Below, in pieces: positions 30,294 to 39,084 of a stretch of 62,175 bases of DNA. Below the pieces are notes generated by a model. It did not search any database. It was not told the origin of the DNA and saw nothing but the letters and a program-made list of their open reading frames with translations. This stretch comes from Patescibacteria group bacterium (GTDB lineage Bacteria; Patescibacteriota; Microgenomatia; UBA10105; UBA927), in the NCBI GenBank assembly GCA_018821245.1, contig JAHJMO010000012.1:1-62175 (forward strand), in the 5' to 3' direction. The position numbers and the translations under genes are program-made. Positions within the stretch are counted from its first letter, which is position 1, and each line of letters opens with the position of its first letter.

Positions 30294-31832
30294 ATGCTGA
30301 CCAAAATCCGATCTACTGCCAATATAGGACTAACGACTATTCCCATTGATGTTGAAGTGGATGTGGCAACTGCCGGATTCCCTGGATTTACGATAGTCGG
30401 GCTTGCCAGTAAAGCAGTTGAAGAAGCTCGTGAACGGGTAAAAACAGCTATCATTAATTCCGGTTTTGATTTTCCTCCCAAAAAAATAACCGTCAACCTC
30501 GCTCCAGCGGATATCCCAAAAGACGGAGCTGCATACGATCTTCCTATTGCTGTTGGAATTCTTATTGCAAGCGAACAATTACCGGACGAGATCGTATTTG
30601 ATCTTAAAAAACAATTTTTTTACGGAGAACTGTCACTTGATGGAACACTCCGGCCAACACGCGGGGTACTCCTTCTTGCATTATTTGCAAAAAACATCAC
30701 CGGATCACAACTATTTGTCCCGGAGGCGTCAGCAAATGAAGCATCTGTTATCAATATTCCTGTCTATCCCATACCAACGCTCCACCGACTCATCCAGCAT
30801 TTCGTGAAAACAAAACCAATTGATACCCTTTCGTATCTTCCCATAAAAGACGCGTTGGATAGCGAACCGCCGGAGTTTGACCTTTCGGAAATTGCCGGAC
30901 AAGAGCAAGCAAAACGGGCCATCATTATTGCGGCATCAGGCGGACACAACATGCTTATGTTCGGACCGCCCGGAACCGGAAAAACAATGCTCGCCCGCGC
31001 ACTTCCCGGAATTTTGCCGCCACTCACCGAACAGGAAGCGCTTGAGGTAACGCGCATCTATTCCATTTCCGGACTCCTTCCTCCCGGTGCGTCACTTGTG
31101 ACCAAACGGCCGTTCCGTGCACCCCATCACGGCGTATCAACAGTAGGCCTTATCGGCGGCGGCAGTAATCCCATGCCCGGAGAAGTCAGTCTTGCACATC
31201 TGGGCGTGTTATTCTTGGACGAAATGCCGGAATTTCCGCGAAGCGCACTTGAAAGTTTGCGCCAGCCCATGGAAGACGGCACGGTTGAAATAGTACGCGT
31301 TGCCGGCCATGTCCGCTATCCGGCAAGTTTTACTCTCTTATCAGCGATCAATCCCTGCCCGTGCGGGTATCTCGGTCACCCAAAACGAACGTGCACCTGC
31401 AGCGAGCGGCAGATCGCACGATACCGTCACCGGATTTCCGGGCCGATCCTTGACAGGATCGATCTTCATGTTTCCGTATCTGTTATTGCAGTCGATAAAC
31501 TTTCACAGTCACTTAAAAACAATCCCAATGCTATCACGTCATGTCAGGCAAAAAAAATGGTCATGGACGCGCGCGAAGTTCAAACAAAACGCTTTGCCAA
31601 CACGAAAATCTACACCAACTCCCAAATGAAAAATAAAGACGTTAAGCGATTTTGCATCCTTACGCCGGAATCTGAAAATATATTAAAACTCGCCTCAGAA
31701 ACCTACAATTTTTCCGCTCGATCCTACATCCGTATGATTAAAGTGGCAAGAACGATTGCAGACCTTGACCATAAAAAGGATATTCTCCCCATACACGTTG
31801 CCGAGGCCCTGCAATACAAACAGATGGTATGA
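30294..31832 (+). CDS. comM: YifB/ComM Mg-chelatase-like AAA+ ATPase
   Basis: Lon-protease-like N domain, Walker A (FGPPGTGKTMLA), LFLDEMPEF, and the Cys cluster CPCGYLGHPKRTCTC. Confidence 0.9.
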   Translation: MLTKIRSTANIGLTTIPIDVEVDVATAGFPGFTIVGLASKAVEEARERVKTAIINSGFDFPPKKITVNLAPADIPKDGAAYDLPIAVGILIASEQLPDEIVFDLKKQFFYGELSLDGTLRPTRGVLLLALFAKNITGSQLFVPEASANEASVINIPVYPIPTLHRLIQHFVKTKPIDTLSYLPIKDALDSEPPEFDLSEIAGQEQAKRAIIIAASGGHNMLMFGPPGTGKTMLARALPGILPPLTEQEALEVTRIYSISGLLPPGASLVTKRPFRAPHHGVSTVGLIGGGSNPMPGEVSLAHLGVLFLDEMPEFPRSALESLRQPMEDGTVEIVRVAGHVRYPASFTLLSAINPCPCGYLGHPKRTCTCSERQIARYRHRISGPILDRIDLHVSVSVIAVDKLSQSLKNNPNAITSCQAKKMVMDAREVQTKRFANTKIYTNSQMKNKDVKRFCILTPESENILKLASETYNFSARSYIRMIKVARTIADLDHKKDILPIHVAEALQYKQMV

Positions 31833-32182
31833 AAAAGTGGAATTCTGTCACAGGAAAACACGGAGAAGATATTGCCGTGGAAACGCTCAAAAATAAAGGC
31901 TACGCTATCCTTGAACGGAATTGGAAAAACAAGTTTGGAGAGATTGATATCATTGCAAAAAAAGATGATATTGTGGTCTTTGTCGAAGTGAAAACAAAAA
32001 TAGGAGAATTGTATGGGTTGCCGGAGGAAATGGTGGGAAAAGGGAAACTGCAAAAAGTGAGAAACATGGCAACGGTCTATTTACATGGCACAGATGTCCC
32101 CTGCAGAATTGACGTTGTTGCCGTTGTACTAACAAACGAAGGCTCCGTCACCCGCCTCACCCACTACGAAAACGTATACTAA
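31829..32182 (+). CDS. yraN: YraN-family (UPF0102) endonuclease-like protein
   Basis: GEDIAVETLKNKGYAILERNWKNKFGEIDIIAKK..VVFVEVKT. The start overlaps the comM stop. Confidence 0.8.
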   Translation: MKKWNSVTGKHGEDIAVETLKNKGYAILERNWKNKFGEIDIIAKKDDIVVFVEVKTKIGELYGLPEEMVGKGKLQKVRNMATVYLHGTDVPCRIDVVAVVLTNEGSVTRLTHYENVY

Positions 32183-32187
32183 ATCCG

Positions 32188-32223
32188 TAAATTGACTACG
32201 CGGCCGCTATGGTAATTTACAAG
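32188..32223. repeat. NotI-centred element, copy C
   Basis: taaattgactacgcggccgct atggtaatttacaag. Confidence 0.8.
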
Positions 32224-32378
32224 TTTGATTTATATTATTTCACCATTTAAAGGCCGTTGGCTTGGTTTCCCCAATAACTCTTTGGGGATTTACTAATAGA
32301 ATATCCAGTCAAGCATGCCCAAACAATGTTAACACAAGAGGTTGCCAAAATGCAGTATAATAAATATTGCGGATAAGT

Positions 32379-32990
32379 ATGAGGCCACTACAAAAAGAAA
32401 CAATCTATCCCCCGTATGATCCTCGTGATCAGACGCTTGCATATGACGAGCAAGGCCAGCCGGTATTTGGTGCCGAACTCGTCGAACCGGAACCCGCAAT
32501 GGACGCTGTAGACCCTGCAACGTCCGTGGAAGTCTTCAAGTGTGTACAATCCGATATATTGGTGACAGGTGCGGTAAGAGAAAAAAATATTGCAGATACT
32601 TCATTAGATACTGCCACGCAACCGCGGCGCGGCGAGATCATTATTGGCCGCGATACCAACGAACAAACCACGCACGCCCGGCCTTTTCGCGCCAGAAAGC
32701 ACGAAGTGCCGTCAGTCATCTTTGATTACAATCAGGCAAAACGTGCTCTCGATCCGGCTTTTGAGGCAAGAAGTTTTGCGGGAACCGCCCTGCATGAAGC
32801 GCACACACGGGCGCACTGGAATGTAAGTCAAGACTGCGATCCTGTCCTGGGACCCATGCGCCAGGTAGTCCTCGGCGGCAACAGAACCTCAATTCAACAG
32901 GAATTTGAACAAGCGCTGGCAGAAACGGAAAAAAAGGCAAAAAAACCTCAAACTGTGTATGCGATCGGGGAAGACGGCGTTGAGTGGTAG
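32379..32990 (+). CDS. Hypothetical 203-aa protein (intact copy of the duplicated gene)
   Basis: The ATG lies 19 nt after a TATAAT (32355-32360). Conserved core QPRRGEIIIGRDTNEQTT...FDYNQAKRALDPAFEARSFAGTA. No motif I can name. Confidence 0.6.
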   Translation: MRPLQKETIYPPYDPRDQTLAYDEQGQPVFGAELVEPEPAMDAVDPATSVEVFKCVQSDILVTGAVREKNIADTSLDTATQPRRGEIIIGRDTNEQTTHARPFRARKHEVPSVIFDYNQAKRALDPAFEARSFAGTALHEAHTRAHWNVSQDCDPVLGPMRQVVLGGNRTSIQQEFEQALAETEKKAKKPQTVYAIGEDGVEW

Positions 32991-33020
32991 GCGCTTCCTG
33001 CGCACAAGCTCATCTGGTAA

Positions 33021-33049
33021 TTGACTTCGTCATGTTCTTATCCTATGAT
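33021..33049 (+). promoter_or_regulatory. Promoter-like TTGACT-17-TATGAT
   Basis: -35 at 33021-33026 and -10 at 33044-33049. The duplicate is at 28362-28391. It would give a ~130-nt hairpin-rich leader before the ATG at 33180. Confidence 0.4.
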
Positions 33050-33179
33050 TATACTGCTTTGGCTTGTGTATACAAGCTTTCTGGCTCTTTTACAAAACTC
33101 CCGAGGGCGAAAAGAAGGAATCGAACCATCGATTACTTCTTTCCGCCCTTAGCCGCCAAAAACAGCCAATGGAGAAAAA

Positions 33180-33422
33180 ATGGACATTCAGCAACATCCC
33201 CTGGTTTCACATTTGCAAGTAGAATTAACTACCGGATTCTGGGCATCGGTAGGAATCCCCGAACTGTTGATCACCCAAGCGGGCAGACTTTCAATCGCCG
33301 AAGAATTACGATCGGCAGACCTTGCCCAGTGGGACGATGACCTACGCTATGGTCGAGTACTCAAAGCCAAAGCAGGTCTTTGGGATATGATTCGGGCTGA
33401 ATCTGAAATGACAGCTTGCTAA
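33180..33422 (+). CDS. Hypothetical 80-aa protein
   Basis: ORF MDIQQHPLVSHLQ... Copy A keeps only the first few codons (28506-28516) before diverging. Confidence 0.4.
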   Translation: MDIQQHPLVSHLQVELTTGFWASVGIPELLITQAGRLSIAEELRSADLAQWDDDLRYGRVLKAKAGLWDMIRAESEMTAC

Positions 33423-33753
33423 CCTTCAACGGCTAAAGGCGGATGGCAGACGGGATACCCACGCGTGGTCTCGTCTGACCAAAAATTCCGAAGACGGTAA
33501 GTCTTCGTTATCACAGGGTCCCGCAATTTTTTTTTGCGGAAAGGGAGTGGATATAAAGGCAGAGCAAGGTCTTATTGGAATTGTCCATCGGACAATAATC
33601 GCCCAATATATACCTTCCTCCCCCTTTTCCACTCCCGACCCTGCAATTCTCCCTCTCTCACAATTCTCTACATCCTGCGCTATTCTCCATGTCTCGCTAT
33701 TCCCTCTCATTCCCTCTTCTCCATAGTATGAATATACACCCACGACCGTATCT

Positions 33754-34539
33754 TCATATCCTAACTATAGATTGATACATCTCATGTGCCTTCTCCCCAA
33801 GCCAACCATTTGGTAATAGAGAAAAAGGTAATTGCGGATCATCACGTAATATCAATTTGTACATAACAGCCAGCTGAAATAGCGTTCGCCTCTTTTTCAC
33901 TGCTTCATCTATAAATTCTTGGTAACGCCGATTTAATGCATCTAGCTTGTATACGCGTACCAGAAGATTGATAAAATTCCTATCCCCCAGTGTTCCCTCT
34001 TTGTCCAATTTTGAAACTAACACTGTGCCGGTTATATGATGATCCTGCATAAATTCATCAAGGATCCCTTGAGGGTTATACGAAGTCAACCATACGCTTT
34101 CCTGCAATAATCCACAGCCGATGCGGCGTAAATATTCCCGTAACAGATCTCTGCTGTTGCGCGTTTTTTCCGGGATATCGTAAGAAATCAAGTATATATA
34201 CCCATCCCACTGTCGCTTCTTTTGATATGACGGCAACAAACTACCTAAGCGCTTCTTTCCCGCCTCCGTAATTTCGATATCGAGCAAAGTTTTTTTCTGC
34301 TTTTGCACAATGAACTTTTGTTTCCGAAGTGTGACGAGAACCTGTTTGAAGGTTTCGTAATGAAACTCCTCCAAAGCTTTATCTGCTTCCCGAAACATGC
34401 GATAAGCACCAGCGCTCGTTGGCGACTTCCCAATGCTTGCGCCAACCAGATACATCCACCATAGCACGCCATTGACCGCACTTCTCACTAACCCTTCTGT
34501 GGCCAGATTTACCAATATTCTTGCGTCTGAATTTGTCAT
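33754..34539 (-). CDS. PaaX-C-terminal-like / Cas2-fold-like protein (paralogue B)
   Basis: WDGYIYLISYDIPEKTRNSRDLLREYLRRIGCGLLQESVWLTS. Confidence 0.55.
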   Translation of the reverse strand: MTNSDARILVNLATEGLVRSAVNGVLWWMYLVGASIGKSPTSAGAYRMFREADKALEEFHYETFKQVLVTLRKQKFIVQKQKKTLLDIEITEAGKKRLGSLLPSYQKKRQWDGYIYLISYDIPEKTRNSRDLLREYLRRIGCGLLQESVWLTSYNPQGILDEFMQDHHITGTVLVSKLDKEGTLGDRNFINLLVRVYKLDALNRRYQEFIDEAVKKRRTLFQLAVMYKLILRDDPQLPFSLLPNGWLGEKAHEMYQSIVRI

Positions 34540-34735
34540 AATATATATAAGGGCAAAATGTATAGTTAAGTTTTTTACCCACGATCGTGGATATGTATTC
34601 TAACTATATAGTACATGATAGTACATGTATTGGAAAGCGGGTTCAAAAATGGGTATAAAGAACACCACTCTCCGCTATCGCTGCAGGTGGGGAATTTCGC
34701 TAAGGCTTAAAATTAACCTTCCATGTTAAATACGT

Positions 34736-35260
34736 TCACAAATTTGCGCGCAGTGCTTCCGAATCCGGAAAGCGTTCCGCAAGCTCATGGATATCCCTGA
34801 CTGACAACTTCTGCATGACTTCTCTATCGGGGAATACCGGAACAGGCTTTTCTGTGTGTGATAGCTTGAGGGCGTCAAACTGTAATTGTCTTAAGTCTTT
34901 TACACTTATCTGCCCATCAGGTATTGGCGGAAACTCTACTTCGCAGCCTGCAGCGCAAGGACAATCCGTACAATGGATAGGTTGATTGAGTAAATTGTAG
35001 ATCGGTCCTAAATTAGCTGATCCGACAATACAATGGGTATCAGGCGCTTCTGGGTTAACACTTGTAATAAACACGTCATCCGGTCCCGTACGATGGATAA
35101 TTAACTCTCGCCCATCAACAGGACAATTAATTGTCCTTTGGCTATATACCTCTTGCTCTGCTGACATATGTTGTGAATTATAGCAAGTCCGGGCGGGATA
35201 ATCACATTTGAGGTTATCAAAATCAAAATATGAATAGACAAAAAGAGCGTGTTCTGGCAA
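34736..35260 (-). CDS. Cys-rich hypothetical protein (174 aa)
   Basis: ORF with a TTG start (next ATG at codon 32). Contains the cluster HCTDCPCAAGC. No named motif. Confidence 0.4.
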   Translation of the reverse strand: MPEHALFVYSYFDFDNLKCDYPARTCYNSQHMSAEQEVYSQRTINCPVDGRELIIHRTGPDDVFITSVNPEAPDTHCIVGSANLGPIYNLLNQPIHCTDCPCAAGCEVEFPPIPDGQISVKDLRQLQFDALKLSHTEKPVPVFPDREVMQKLSVRDIHELAERFPDSEALRANL

Positions 35261-35525
35261 TATATTTATAATATGAAGCCACCAGAAATAAAAAGAGATT
35301 ATAGTGATAATGAAGCCCGCTTTAAAGCGAGCGTGTCAATAACCTGGGGACCCGATATAATCCTTGATTTAACAAATAGATCATCCCCCAATGCCCAACG
35401 ACTGGCACGATTAAGAGATGAGAGATTAAATGGTGACAGATTATACACGTTAAGAAAACAAAGATTAGTGGTATAAGATATAGAGGTTCAGCTCAAATAT
35501 TAACGTGTTAACCAGATAATATGAA

Positions 35526-36461
35526 TTAACGAACCTGAAATTCGTTAATCCATTTGACGTAATCCGGTTTATCTAGTCCATTTGCTGAGGCCAATAAATC
35601 GCTCAGGTTTAAATGAAATCTCGATACTAACGTATCTACCGTATCCACCACCTCCAGAAATGGTATCCCGCTAGCTAAGGACAATTCTACACCTGCCCCT
35701 GCTACCGCCTGCCACATCAAGGTAGAAGATTGTGCCGCCGATCGCATGTAAACCCCAAACAACTGTTCTGCACCGTTTCCCTGTTCTGTTTGAGCAAGCC
35801 TACACCAATCCAACGCTGCTATTACTATTTCAGAAACATACTTTTTTCCATTACCATATTTTGTAATGAATAAATTTAATAATGCAAACAGCCTGTTTCC
35901 GTTTAGATCGTCTTTTATACTGTATATCTTACGATAATATTGGACCTCGTCTGGAGTCAGAAAAGTTACTTTCGGTGGTTTCTCCCAAAACCCGTCAGTC
36001 TCTTTCTCTTGCTTTTGTAAATCTATGTTTTCTTTCAGAAGGTACAACAGTTTACCACCTGCTTCTTTTCCGTTGCTGGTCAACCATTCCCCAATTACCC
36101 CGTTAATTACTTCTACATTGTCTTTCCCCTCCATTGCTAAAACTGCCGCCTTCCTTGAGAGCCGATCCAGAAAAAAACTCCCGGCGGCAACGTACATTCG
36201 ACTGGCTTCTGCGGGACTATGAGCTAACGTAGAGACGTAAGATTCATCTCCGTTTAAAAATCGCTCCATCAAGCTTCTTTTGATAAGAACATGACCTAGC
36301 TCAAGTGTATTACATCCGACTTGTGCACTTTCCAGATAATCAATCATGTCATTCAATAGCGGTAGCGCCGCCAAACCATCCGGCGTGGAGCACCCAGCAA
36401 AATTATAATGCCCTCTGTAGCCAGATTGCTGCAAAAAGTCTCTTGTTTCCATTAAACCCAT
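35526..36461 (-). CDS. Hypothetical protein (311 aa)
   Basis: ATG-initiated long ORF with its own upstream AT-rich region. No named motif. Confidence 0.55.
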   Translation of the reverse strand: MGLMETRDFLQQSGYRGHYNFAGCSTPDGLAALPLLNDMIDYLESAQVGCNTLELGHVLIKRSLMERFLNGDESYVSTLAHSPAEASRMYVAAGSFFLDRLSRKAAVLAMEGKDNVEVINGVIGEWLTSNGKEAGGKLLYLLKENIDLQKQEKETDGFWEKPPKVTFLTPDEVQYYRKIYSIKDDLNGNRLFALLNLFITKYGNGKKYVSEIVIAALDWCRLAQTEQGNGAEQLFGVYMRSAAQSSTLMWQAVAGAGVELSLASGIPFLEVVDTVDTLVSRFHLNLSDLLASANGLDKPDYVKWINEFQVR

Positions 36462-36581
36462 ATATCAGATATTAATTTATAGAAATAGCTAAGAACACAA
36501 TATTTTATATCTTATAGTCTATCACAAAAGGATATAATTTGCAAAGACTAAAGGCTCTTCCTGAATGCAAACTGGCAGGCT

Positions 36582-37769
36582 CTAGCCAAATATAGACTGC
36601 TCATCCGGAAGAGGACTAAATAAACGCCGGGAATCCTGTTGTAGTGCAGCGATTGCCGCCTGAAGCGCTCCCCGCTGCCCTGTCTGAATTCTCGAAAGAG
36701 CCATCCTCTGGGCATTAAGTCGTTCAATAATTGCCGCCACAGCTAAATCGTATAATCCCATAGCGCTGACGCGTATCCCTGTCAACCCCATATTGGCAAT
36801 CTCTGCTTGTTGAGCCAGTACGGTATGGATCATCTGTCTGGCGTTTACCAGAGACGGTGCGGCGCCGGTGATAAATTTAATCTGTCCGGTTCCGACAAGC
36901 AGATCCGGCAATACATCGTCCTGCACCCGCAACGCGTCAACGAGTTGACGCAAAATATCAGCGCTTGCAATGGATTGGCGGATTTCCTCTCCAATGTCAA
37001 GGCTGCCTATCGGCCTATTTGCCAAAGCATTTAGTCCTGCATCAATCGTGCTTTGGCTAGACATAAACACATTCCCCTGCCATAAAACATCCTGCAATAC
37101 CGATTCTATTTGTGCTAATTGCTCCTCGCCCTGACCCTGACTGCGCGCAAGAAGTTCTCGTATGGTTGCCTCCATTTGGCCGGCGCCGTAACCGGCCACC
37201 TCGGCCCAAAAATCAAGATATTCTAGAGCGGGCCGGTTGGCAGCAAGAACGTACCAAACCGGGTGTCCTTCTTCCGGATGACCAATGACTAACAGATTAT
37301 CCCGCACATCTTCTACCATCTGATTGAAGCGCTTCGCGTCTTTTCGTGACAGACCTTCATCCGCTTCCCAAGGCCGCCACGTGTGATCCAGCGCAGCCGG
37401 TAGAATGCCGGGGTGATCGCGAAGCCATGCCAAATCAATCCTGCCCAGCGCCTGGGCAAAATCATGCAGGGCACCTACGGCATAAATTTGCGCCTCCCCG
37501 TGGCTGCTTGCTTGAGCAATTACATAAGAAAGATAATTTTGCGCCTGCGCGTCCGGTTCCCAGCCCTGTTGTGGTATTAGAGGCAAATCTAAATCAGAAT
37601 CTAAAGACCGGATAAGATTATCTGCTCCATTACCTAAAGCATCTGTGACCGGAACCATGGCCTCCATTATCTTGCCTGCTGCCACATCCGGGGAAAGATC
37701 TGATAAACTTTCGTTTTCTTTTGGTCCTGGTGGTTGCATAGTAAAATTCTTCACTTCATTGCATGGCAA
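36582..37769 (-). CDS. Orphan operon gene 4 (395 aa; start TTG 37769 or ATG 37739)
   Basis: Long ORF abutting or overlapping the upstream gene. No named motif. Confidence 0.6.
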   Translation of the reverse strand: MPCNEVKNFTMQPPGPKENESLSDLSPDVAAGKIMEAMVPVTDALGNGADNLIRSLDSDLDLPLIPQQGWEPDAQAQNYLSYVIAQASSHGEAQIYAVGALHDFAQALGRIDLAWLRDHPGILPAALDHTWRPWEADEGLSRKDAKRFNQMVEDVRDNLLVIGHPEEGHPVWYVLAANRPALEYLDFWAEVAGYGAGQMEATIRELLARSQGQGEEQLAQIESVLQDVLWQGNVFMSSQSTIDAGLNALANRPIGSLDIGEEIRQSIASADILRQLVDALRVQDDVLPDLLVGTGQIKFITGAAPSLVNARQMIHTVLAQQAEIANMGLTGIRVSAMGLYDLAVAAIIERLNAQRMALSRIQTGQRGALQAAIAALQQDSRRLFSPLPDEQSIFG

Positions 37770-39075
37770 AATATCCCGATGAGTGAATAAATCGGTTAAC
37801 CTGGTCCCAGGAAATACTGGATAATGTGTTTACGCCTCTGCGCTGGGTTTCGAGCCCCAAAAACGCATGCCGGGCGCCAAATCCTATCGCCGCCATAGCT
37901 TCGGGAGATAAAATAATTTCTTTACCACGCTTTGCTTCTTCCATCTGCACCACTACCAGATGATTAAATGTGCTTCTTAATAATTCCTGAAGCAACCGCG
38001 CCTCTTCCAATCGGACTGCGACTGATTGTTGTAAACGCCCTGAAAGTCGAGCCAAACCCTGCCTATCGTCACGGGCAAGCCTGCCTTCCTGAAGCATCTT
38101 TTGCGTCAAAGCTGCGACCATCGCGTCGGACATCTTATCTGTTCCCATCCGAACTACCGCCCTCTGAGCACGATTATAATCTTCAATCGTTTTGGCCATA
38201 AAACAGGAAACTGGAGCGCCATCAGCGACATCCACCTGAATAAGTATCGGATCAACAACCGCTGCAGCTGCGGCGACATGGGCTGCTCCCGCGGCAATAT
38301 GCGCCGCTATGGCTGCCGCTCCTCCACCCAACCCCGCAATAAGACCACCTAAAACGGCCCTCCCGCGACTGGTCTTCGCAGATGGATCCGGATCTTTTCC
38401 ATGATCCGCCGCGAAAGGAGGCGAAAAAACAACCGCTGAATCTCTTGTCGGAACTGCCATAACCGGCGTCAACGTAACCCTCGCCCAGCCGTCTTCAAAG
38501 ACAACAGCGCCCTCTTGCCCCCGATGGATCGGCTGGATAGTAAACCGGTCCTGCGGAAGATTAAGGAGTTTACTTACCCCCCGTCTATCTACCCGTGCAG
38601 TCTTGCGGCCCGGAAGATCCTCGCCGATTAACAAAAATTCTGTTTGTGATTCCGGCTCTTCCTCTCCAAGCTCCGCGCCGGCACCGAAAACTTCATCTGT
38701 TTCTCTTCCTTCCCGATCCAATAAATAGTCTACCTGTGCTACTAATCTATCCCGCAGGGAATCTGCATCTGATTCTGGTAGTCTTGATGCCTGGATTTCA
38801 ATTTCAGGAAACTCTGCCTCTATAAGTCGAGGTACAGGTAAATTGTGAGCTGGCAAAGACGGTTCGTATAAACGAATTTGACCGAGGGTATCTTCCGCCG
38901 CATTATCCGGTAATAAAGGAGTGCCGTTGATCAAAATATTTCCTCCTCCCTCCCATAAGGCATCAGCAACCCCCCGAGGGGAATTCAATTGACCCAATAA
39001 CAAAGCCCAGACTGCACTAGACCAACCGGTTTCCTGCGCTGCTTCCCTTTTATTCCTTTCTCTGTAATCATTCAT
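37756..39075 (-). CDS. Orphan operon gene 3 (439 aa) with a Gly/Ala/His hydrophobic tract
   Basis: ATG preceded by AAGGAG. Contains GGLIAGLGGGAAAIAAHIAAGAAHVAAAAAVV. Confidence 0.65.
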   Translation of the reverse strand: MNDYRERNKREAAQETGWSSAVWALLLGQLNSPRGVADALWEGGGNILINGTPLLPDNAAEDTLGQIRLYEPSLPAHNLPVPRLIEAEFPEIEIQASRLPESDADSLRDRLVAQVDYLLDREGRETDEVFGAGAELGEEEPESQTEFLLIGEDLPGRKTARVDRRGVSKLLNLPQDRFTIQPIHRGQEGAVVFEDGWARVTLTPVMAVPTRDSAVVFSPPFAADHGKDPDPSAKTSRGRAVLGGLIAGLGGGAAAIAAHIAAGAAHVAAAAAVVDPILIQVDVADGAPVSCFMAKTIEDYNRAQRAVVRMGTDKMSDAMVAALTQKMLQEGRLARDDRQGLARLSGRLQQSVAVRLEEARLLQELLRSTFNHLVVVQMEEAKRGKEIILSPEAMAAIGFGARHAFLGLETQRRGVNTLSSISWDQVNRFIHSSGYFAMQ

Positions 39076-39084
39076 ATTCTCCTT

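Noticed and set aside
33426-33743. 105-aa minus-strand ORF in the spacer between the 80-aa ORF and PaaX-like B
   Set aside because: Its composition is driven by the polypyrimidine tract on the opposite strand. It has no SD and no recognisable features.
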